IMG/VR virus record: IMGVR_UViG_3300025437_000011
Span: 44,476-108,475 of that record
Strand: one strand, 5' to 3'
DNA: 64,000 nt
Origin: a virus
This document shows, one piece after another, positions 58,002-64,000 of this stretch. Under the pieces are notes generated by a model that made no database searches, was not told the origin of the DNA, and was given only the letters and a program-made list of their open reading frames with translations. The translations under genes were made by a program, and so were the position numbers. The stretch's first letter is position 1; every line of letters starts with the position of its first letter.

Positions 58002-58718
58002 ATGAAGAATATCCTGCAGTTTGGTACTTGTAGAACACACCAGTTAACTTCGTTTAACAACGAAGAGATTACATTCACGAATCTTCTACCAAGAGTCCAC
58101 ACAACAAAGGAGGCTATTCAATATTTAGAGAAACGTCATAAATATAAGGGGCCTATTGATTTTATAATGATCGAGATTTCAACCCTAAAACTTTTTGAAA
58201 AGGATGGTAAATATTTTTACGGGGGCAGTGAAGAGGCAAAGGATATTAATCCAACAATTCAAACAGAAGAAATATTCAAGCAAGATATTGAAGAATTTTA
58301 TAAAGCCTTAGATATACCCCTGTTATTTGTTGGTCATTTAGATTTAGATTTTTATGATATACATGATGGGCATATAAGTAGACAACGTAAAATTATAGAT
58401 AATTATATTCAAAAGTATTGTCATAATTACCTTATATTTAGGGACTTATATAAAGATTATGATTATCACCAATTAGTCAAAGCACCAAAAGATACGCATC
58501 ATTTAAATCATTTTGCTTATGAGTTACTGTACGATGCTGTTGTTAATAAAATAAATAGTATGGAACCGATAAAATATAATCCGGTTAGAAATATTATTAC
58601 TTCCGCACTTTCTTCTTGCGAACAGGTTATCGACTGGAATAAACAGCCTGATGGCTCAATTATAGCCAATCTTCCATCTGCTAACTATAAAATTACTATC
58701 GAAGAACAACTATCCTAA
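58002..58718 (+). CDS. SGNH/GSCFA-like protein (paralog of 35503)
   Basis: FGTCR, HTTKE, IEISTLK, DTHH. Confidence 0.55.
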   Translation: MKNILQFGTCRTHQLTSFNNEEITFTNLLPRVHTTKEAIQYLEKRHKYKGPIDFIMIEISTLKLFEKDGKYFYGGSEEAKDINPTIQTEEIFKQDIEEFYKALDIPLLFVGHLDLDFYDIHDGHISRQRKIIDNYIQKYCHNYLIFRDLYKDYDYHQLVKAPKDTHHLNHFAYELLYDAVVNKINSMEPIKYNPVRNIITSALSSCEQVIDWNKQPDGSIIANLPSANYKITIEEQLS

Positions 58719-58723
58719 AAATT

Positions 58724-58936
58724 ATGTTAATTCAAATTATTAAAGTATCCGCCGCTATTATTTTGGGGACAATAGCATTTGGAATAGTCTTATTCTTCGT
58801 TCATTTTTTGTTTAGCTTACTGCTTGCAATGATTCAGGGGATTCGAGAAGGCTGGCGGGAAATTTTGCATGAAAATAGAGTGTCGTCATTTAAGGAATTG
58901 GTAGCAAAGAAAAGGAAAGAAAAAGGAAAACAATAA
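58724..58936 (+). CDS. membrane protein
   Basis: N-terminal TM segment. Confidence 0.55.
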   Translation: MLIQIIKVSAAIILGTIAFGIVLFFVHFLFSLLLAMIQGIREGWREILHENRVSSFKELVAKKRKEKGKQ

Positions 58937-59244
58937 TGCAGCCAAAACGTCCCGGTCAATTTGCATGGAAAGTTTGTGCGGCAATTTTTGCGCCCATTCT
59001 GGCAATAGCACTGGGAATAATTCTTGCCGTACACCTTTCTGATGATGGGCCAGTTCATTATTACCAAATAGAAAGATTAAATCTTGATGGTAAGGTTCAA
59101 CAAGTTTACTTCTCAAAGGGGCGGTTTCCTTGGGCCGGGGAGCATGAGGTATCGTTTCGTTCGTATCCCTCTGGAAATTTTATACATATTAGTGCAAACT
59201 ATACCGTAGAGGATATTGGAACTAATGCGCCCGAAACCCTATAA
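58936..59244 (+). CDS. membrane-anchored hypothetical protein
   Basis: TM segment; TAATG coupling. Confidence 0.55.
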   Translation: MQPKRPGQFAWKVCAAIFAPILAIALGIILAVHLSDDGPVHYYQIERLNLDGKVQQVYFSKGRFPWAGEHEVSFRSYPSGNFIHISANYTVEDIGTNAPETL

Positions 59245-59249
59245 TAATA

Positions 59250-59432
59250 ATGAATGAAAACTCTTTTAATTTAATTAATGACTTTACAATGCTATTTCTT
59301 GCCATTGGATTTATTGGATTTTTATTCATGATCTCTCCGGGCTTCAGAAAAATGCTTAAGAGAAACAAGAAAATTCGCGCAAAACACAGAAGATTAAAGG
59401 AAAACTCAAAAGCAAGAGACTTTCAAATATGA
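59250..59432 (+). CDS. small membrane protein
   Basis: TM segment plus basic tail. Confidence 0.5.
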   Translation: MNENSFNLINDFTMLFLAIGFIGFLFMISPGFRKMLKRNKKIRAKHRRLKENSKARDFQI

Positions 59433-59695
59433 AAACAGAACAGGATGATATTGATTATTTAAGGGCATTTTCCGCAGATGTTATTGCATCGTTAACATTG
59501 GCGCAAAACTATGACTTGAAAAAAGTAGCCTATGCTATTGATAACCTATTGAATGAAGAGTTCGGAACTCTGATTTCTACCAAAGAGAATAAAAGTAAAT
59601 TTAAATGTGCCGGGGGCGACCATCGCTATAATTATGACCTATTTGATACTTCAAAAGAGAAGTATTGCATAGATTGTGGGTGCCGGGCCACTTGA
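59429..59695 (+). CDS. hypothetical protein with C-terminal zinc-ribbon-like motif
   Basis: C..GDH...CIDCG. Confidence 0.55.
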   Translation: MKTEQDDIDYLRAFSADVIASLTLAQNYDLKKVAYAIDNLLNEEFGTLISTKENKSKFKCAGGDHRYNYDLFDTSKEKYCIDCGCRAT

Positions 59696-59751
59696 CTTGT
59701 CCCCCAAAAAAGGACACAATACAAGAAATCAATACTTTTAAAAAGGACACA

Positions 59752-59970
59752 ATGAAAAAATTAAAATGCGTATGGTGTTGCAAGGACACCGAAACCATTC
59801 CTTGTCAAAATTGTGGTAAAACCGATACGGTTTGTGATCCCTATGTGGAGCATCAACCTTATTGGAGTCGTTATACTATTCATTTGGTAGAATGTTCCAT
59901 ATGTGGCAGGACTACCACTTATGATAAACAAACCAATCATCCTTGCCCACCTAAATCTTATGAAGAATAA
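59752..59970 (+). CDS. small zinc-finger protein
   Basis: CVWC, CQNC, CSIC. Confidence 0.55.
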   Translation: MKKLKCVWCCKDTETIPCQNCGKTDTVCDPYVEHQPYWSRYTIHLVECSICGRTTTYDKQTNHPCPPKSYEE

Positions 59971-60223
59971 AAAGAAAAAGAAAGAAAAATTCAATTACGA
60001 ACTCATTCGTAATGCAGAGCAGTTCTTGTCAGATCTGAACAATGCAACGATTGAAAAACTTCATTTTGAAGTGGAGAACGAAAAATATTACGAGACTCCT
60101 GATTGGCTACAGAATCGTTATAATCAAGCCATGCAGGATCTTGGTCGTTGGATAGTTAGGGAATATCAAGAAGATGATGATTATATGAATGCCTTAGGAT
60201 CTACTGGTGATACAGATTTTTAA
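59960..60223 (+). CDS. hypothetical protein
   Basis: Start at MKNKKKK. Confidence 0.55.
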   Translation: MKNKKKKKEKFNYELIRNAEQFLSDLNNATIEKLHFEVENEKYYETPDWLQNRYNQAMQDLGRWIVREYQEDDDYMNALGSTGDTDF

Positions 60224-60304
60224 TTTTGTAATCTTCGCACTACATATTTCAGAGATATGTATAAGGATGTTGACAATTTAGACAAAAGCATATAGAATAC
60301 TGTG

Positions 60305-60565
60305 ATGAATAAAAGTAAAATAATTAATGATTCAGAGGACTATAAAGGTACTGATGATGAATTAAAAGATTTTTTTTCTACTCATCATATCGTAGAAAAG
60401 AATTGTGAGTTTCATGCATTTAATGGTTATCGAACTGATAGATACATTGTAGAATCTGATAATGATAAAACAAAATATGAATTAAGAGTTAACTACAATC
60501 CAATGGATGAAACATTTACTCTTATTACTGGACCAAATAAAATTGAAATTAACTACAATATATAA
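60305..60565 (+). CDS. hypothetical protein
   Basis: TTGACA(60270)-17-TAGAAT-6-ATG. Confidence 0.65.
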   Translation: MNKSKIINDSEDYKGTDDELKDFFSTHHIVEKNCEFHAFNGYRTDRYIVESDNDKTKYELRVNYNPMDETFTLITGPNKIEINYNI

Positions 60566-60567
60566 CC

Positions 60568-61236
60568 ATGCCTAAGAAAAAAGAACATAAGAAAGTCACT
60601 GTTACCTTTGACGAAAGACATCTTCCTGTTATCGCAAGAGCATTGGAAGTATTCATGCGTATGCGTAGTGGTCAGATAACTATGGCATTGGATGAGTGCT
60701 ATGCTGACAAGCAGACCGAGATGCTCAAGGATGAGAACTATGATCACTTCAATGATAATAAAGATATTGAAGCTCTTATTAGAAAGGTATATTTCAAGGA
60801 TCTTGGTTCTCCTAATGCCGCATGGGGAGTTGGTCAGTATGGATTTGGAGGAGAGGAAGCCTATATGATTTGGAAGACTCTTAGACAATACATGGCATAT
60901 GAAAGAAACGGAGGATATGCTGGTTCTGGTCGTGACTTTGATACTACTTGGGGAAACTATTCCGAAGTCCCTAATCCAGTTGTTCAAGGTTTTAGTACTA
61001 GGAAGTTTTTTGTTGCTCCCAAGAGTTTGCAAAAGGAACTTTATATATTGGTTGATAATGGAGCTTATAAAGAATATAAAGAAGCTTTTGATCTAATTGA
61101 TAAGAAATGGAAGACTTTACCTAAAGGTGACAAGTATGAGATTGGAATTAAAAAAGAATACGATGGTGATGATATACCAGTTCCAATTGTTGGTGTATGG
61201 GTAACAGCACCAAGAAAGAAAGAGGAGGGTTGGTAA
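60568..61236 (+). CDS. hypothetical protein
   Basis: 222 aa; ALEVFMRMRSGQ. Confidence 0.7.
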   Translation: MPKKKEHKKVTVTFDERHLPVIARALEVFMRMRSGQITMALDECYADKQTEMLKDENYDHFNDNKDIEALIRKVYFKDLGSPNAAWGVGQYGFGGEEAYMIWKTLRQYMAYERNGGYAGSGRDFDTTWGNYSEVPNPVVQGFSTRKFFVAPKSLQKELYILVDNGAYKEYKEAFDLIDKKWKTLPKGDKYEIGIKKEYDGDDIPVPIVGVWVTAPRKKEEGW

Positions 61237-61237
61237 T

Positions 61238-61627
61238 ATGCAAAGAGAAATTAAATTCAGATTTTGGGATCATGATCTAAAAAAATTCATTGAAGATTCT
61301 AATGCTGATCCACATATTTGCTGGAATGGTACTGTATATTGCCATGAAAGACAAAAAGAAGGTGGAGATGTTCTTGTATCTGGTATTAGAAACCTTACTG
61401 TTCAGCAATACACTGGTATCAAAGATAAGAATGGAGTTGAGATCTATGAAGGAGACATCATCAAATATCCAATTCCAGTAGGATGGTCAACAAATAGTCT
61501 TCATAGGGAGAATTATAGAGTTGATGAAGTAAAGTTTGTTACAGGTTGCTTCATTCCACATATTTGGAGAACAGTTGTTGATGACTGTGAAGTAATTGGT
61601 AATGTATTTGAGAAGGATAAAATCTAA
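61238..61627 (+). CDS. YopX-family protein
   Basis: REIKFRFWD, QYTGIKDKNGVEIYEGDI, EVIGNVFE. Confidence 0.9.
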   Translation: MQREIKFRFWDHDLKKFIEDSNADPHICWNGTVYCHERQKEGGDVLVSGIRNLTVQQYTGIKDKNGVEIYEGDIIKYPIPVGWSTNSLHRENYRVDEVKFVTGCFIPHIWRTVVDDCEVIGNVFEKDKI

Positions 61628-61631
61628 TAAT

Positions 61632-62135
61632 ATGAAAACAATCTTAGCATTCCTTTTAATGTCTGTATCACTTTGTGCTGCTTCATCCTTTAGTGGTGGT
61701 GGATGTAGAAGCTCATTTAGTAGTACAAGAAGTATGTCATTAAGCTCCAGTAGAAGTTCTTTTAGTTCATCATCTAGTAAGAGCTTTAGTAGTTCATCTT
61801 CAGCTAAGTCTTTTAGCCCAAGTTACAGACCTAACTCATATAGTGCTTACAGATCATATAGCTATAGACCATATGCCTATAGACCTGTAACATTTGTTCC
61901 TTATTCCTATTCTAATCCTTTTAATAATGTATGGTTCTGGATGTATATGATGCATAATAATAGTGTATTTGATCATCATAGTGATTTAGAGAACTGGGAT
62001 GGTAATGCTGATCAGAATGATAAACCTACATATGAAGGTGGATCTGACTTAAATGAGTCCATACTTTACACATTTATTGGAGTAATGGCAGTTTTTGTTG
62101 TGGTTATTATTATAATTGGAGTTTTAAACCTATGA
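61632..62135 (+). CDS. Ser-rich membrane-anchored protein
   Basis: Signal peptide, poly-Ser tract, WFWMY, C-terminal TM. Confidence 0.7.
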   Translation: MKTILAFLLMSVSLCAASSFSGGGCRSSFSSTRSMSLSSSRSSFSSSSSKSFSSSSSAKSFSPSYRPNSYSAYRSYSYRPYAYRPVTFVPYSYSNPFNNVWFWMYMMHNNSVFDHHSDLENWDGNADQNDKPTYEGGSDLNESILYTFIGVMAVFVVVIIIIGVLNL

Positions 62136-62344
62136 TCGTAGCACTTACAATTACATTCTCATCCATTTGGATTCCTATCATCCTATCCATTGCTCTTGCC
62201 ATCTTTGGTGGTAAAAACCTAAATGATGCAAGTGATGGTTCTCTTTTTGGAGACTTTGGTTTAGCATTACTTGGAATCTTTTGCTTCATCTGTGCCTTTT
62301 TTGTCTGGACACTTTACTTCACTGTGTTATACTTTTTGAAATGA
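62132..62344 (+). CDS. two-TM membrane protein
   Basis: Hydrophobic; ATGA overlaps. Confidence 0.6.
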   Translation: MIVALTITFSSIWIPIILSIALAIFGGKNLNDASDGSLFGDFGLALLGIFCFICAFFVWTLYFTVLYFLK

Positions 62345-62748
62345 AATACAAAGATACTATATTTGCAATTGACTTTGATGGTACTTGTGTTACTCATGAA
62401 TTTCCTAAGGTAGGAAGGTTTGTAGGTGCACAAAAGGTTCTTAAGAGACTTGTAGATGAAGGAGCTAGGCTTATTCTTTGGACAATGAGGAGTGATGGAA
62501 GAGAGGGACAAGAGTATGCCAATCCTCTTACTGATGCTGTTAATTGGTTTAATGAAAATCAGATTCCTTTGTTTGGTGTTAATGAGAATCCAGAGCAAAA
62601 GACTTGGACAGGTTCTCCTAAAGCATATGCTCATATCTATATTGATGATGCAGCATTAGGCATCCCTCTTGTTAAAGGACTTAATGGTGAAAGACCTTAT
62701 GTTGATTGGGATAAGGTAGAAGAATTGTTATTTGGAGATATTCAATAA
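62341..62748 (+). CDS. HAD-family hydrolase
   Basis: AIDFDGTCV, LILWTMR, VNENP, YIDD. Confidence 0.85.
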   Translation: MKYKDTIFAIDFDGTCVTHEFPKVGRFVGAQKVLKRLVDEGARLILWTMRSDGREGQEYANPLTDAVNWFNENQIPLFGVNENPEQKTWTGSPKAYAHIYIDDAALGIPLVKGLNGERPYVDWDKVEELLFGDIQ

Positions 62749-62749
62749 T

Positions 62750-62911
62750 ATGGACAACACAAACATTAACATTAGACTCTTTGGTTGGCATCTTCAGCTT
62801 GAGATTGGTAAATGGCTTCCAACAATTAGCTATAATGGGTATCATAAGGAGAGTAACTACTCAGATGGATACTTTAAGATCTATAACTTCTATGGATATA
62901 GACAAGATTAA
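62750..62911 (+). CDS. small hypothetical protein (53 aa, not in ORF track)
   Basis: MDNTNINIRLFGWHLQ...; fills the gap between neighbours. Confidence 0.55.
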   Translation: MDNTNINIRLFGWHLQLEIGKWLPTISYNGYHKESNYSDGYFKIYNFYGYRQD

Positions 62912-62912
62912 T

Positions 62913-63176
62913 ATGATTAAAAGAAACCTACACAGTCCATTAAAGATTGAGATTGTGCTCAAAGCACATTATCATCCAAAGTATATGATCAACAGATGGA
63001 ATAAAGCAGAAGTTGAGGTTGCTAGTCAATTACTAAAAGATCATATCTTAGTAAGATTTGCTGAACATGATTCTGATGCTGATCAACTTACACTCACAGA
63101 AAAAGGAAAAGCTTTTGTTGAAATGATTCTCAATACACCTTATCCTATTCAGAGTTGGACTGATCCTAGAAATTAA
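62913..63176 (+). CDS. hypothetical protein (winged-helix-like LTEKGK)
   Basis: Start at MIKRNLH. Confidence 0.55.
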   Translation: MIKRNLHSPLKIEIVLKAHYHPKYMINRWNKAEVEVASQLLKDHILVRFAEHDSDADQLTLTEKGKAFVEMILNTPYPIQSWTDPRN

Positions 63177-63177
63177 T

Positions 63178-63300
63178 ATGACTCCACAAACTAGAGATTT
63201 AATTTTAGAGCTTTGCTTTTGGTGTCCCTTTCTATTTGTCTTAGGAATAGGGGCTGGGTTACTTGCATTAGCTATGCTTGGATTCTTTGATAGAGATTAA
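63178..63300 (+). CDS. 40-aa membrane peptide (not in ORF track)
   Basis: MTPQTRDLILELCFWCPFLFVLGIGAGLLALAMLGFFDRD. Confidence 0.5.
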   Translation: MTPQTRDLILELCFWCPFLFVLGIGAGLLALAMLGFFDRD

Positions 63301-63303
63301 TTT

Positions 63304-63570
63304 ATGAACATTATACAAGAAAACAAATTAGATGAAATATCTAAAAAGATTGATGAGCTTCAAAAGCAAATCAATTACCAGAATGAATGTATTATGGATC
63401 AGTCTATGATTATCCAAAAGCTAATTGAGAAGCTTGTAGTCATTCCAACCTATACATCTACTCCAAGTATTGATCCTCATTTTGGAAAAGACATTCCTTA
63501 TGTTCCATATAAAGGACCAGATTGTAAAGTAAGTGCAGATTCTTTACCAGATAGAGAATGGTATGGTTAA
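63304..63570 (+). CDS. hypothetical coiled-coil protein
   Basis: 88 aa ORF. Confidence 0.6.
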   Translation: MNIIQENKLDEISKKIDELQKQINYQNECIMDQSMIIQKLIEKLVVIPTYTSTPSIDPHFGKDIPYVPYKGPDCKVSADSLPDREWYG

Positions 63571-63602
63571 TTTTCTTGACACCTCCTCCTAAAGCATATA
63601 GA
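63568..63602 (+). repeat. 35-bp promoter repeat, copy 1
   Basis: TAATTTTCTTGACACCTCCTCCTAAAGCATATAGA, identical to 63875-63909. Confidence 0.9.
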
Positions 63603-63613
63603 CTATAAGAATC

Positions 63614-63877
63614 ATGAAAAACAAACTATACTTGTATCTCATCTCACAGAATGTCAACAATGACTATGACACTTATGATTCAGCAGTTGTTGCGGCTCCT
63701 AATCCAAAAGCTGCAAAGCTAATACATCCTAATGTTAATTATGTGTTGTCAGAACTAGATTGGACAACAGATCTTACTTGGTGCAATTCACCTAATTATG
63801 TAAATGTGAAGTGTATTGGTATAGCATCTAAAGGTCAAAAAGTAGGTGTTGTTTTATCTTCTTATAATGCTGGATAA
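63614..63877 (+). CDS. hypothetical phage protein
   Basis: LYLISQ..N.DYDTYDSAVVAA...S.NAG. Confidence 0.7.
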   Translation: MKNKLYLYLISQNVNNDYDTYDSAVVAAPNPKAAKLIHPNVNYVLSELDWTTDLTWCNSPNYVNVKCIGIASKGQKVGVVLSSYNAG

Positions 63878-63909
63878 TTTTCTTGACACCTCCTCCTAAA
63901 GCATATAGA
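63875..63909 (+). repeat. 35-bp promoter repeat, copy 2
   Basis: TTGACA(63883)-17-TAGAAT(63906)-6-ATG(63918). Confidence 0.9.
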
Positions 63910-63917
63910 ATAAGATT

Positions 63918-64000
63918 ATGACTGAACCTTTATTTCCTAGAGTTGGATTAAAGCAAGTATTGTCTGAAAAAGATAGAACAGAACAATTGCAAATGAATTC
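63918..64000 (+). CDS. hypothetical protein (3'-truncated by window)
   Basis: MTEPLFPRVGLKQ... Confidence 0.55.
   Translation, partial: MTEPLFPRVGLKQVLSEKDRTEQLQMN

Noticed and set aside
59706-59753. Short direct repeat AAAAAGGACACAAT
   Set aside because: Only two copies; probably a local duplication around a promoter/start
61690-61880. Ser-rich tract as a DNA repeat element
   Set aside because: Codons vary; it is protein-level low complexity

Overview
AT-rich (by eye, roughly one-third G+C), gene-dense 64 kb segment of a large dsDNA bacteriophage; no host or taxon can be fixed from the sequence alone. 1-26 kb: phage sigma-70-like factor, SSB-like protein, class I RNR, gmd, RecA, a sugar-nucleotide/glycosyltransferase island, dNMP kinase, DnaB, primase, dCMP deaminase, a free-standing LAGLIDADG nuclease, a Cas4/AddB-like nuclease, ClpP and a three-gene split DnaE (PHP / DEDDh exonuclease / polymerase core). 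26-45 kb: probable head-associated proteins, a MoxR-VWA pair, MazG-like, ThyX, HNH, a T4 beta-glucosyltransferase-like gene and a minus-strand tail-fibre block. 45-56 kb: 13 canonical tRNAs, a tmRNA with a long tag, several tRNA-like or structured spacer RNAs, and inserted glycosyltransferases. 56-64 kb: small accessory genes. The most notable signals: (1) an abrupt near-total loss of CG dinucleotides from about 60,965 to the end (3 found in about 3 kb) in a genome that carries a BGT-like gene; (2) two promoter classes, sigma-70 type and a GTGTAAW motif, each often at a fixed distance from the ATG, implying widespread leaderless mRNAs; (3) unannotated structured RNAs in the tRNA array. All product calls come from motif recognition by eye; no database search was run.
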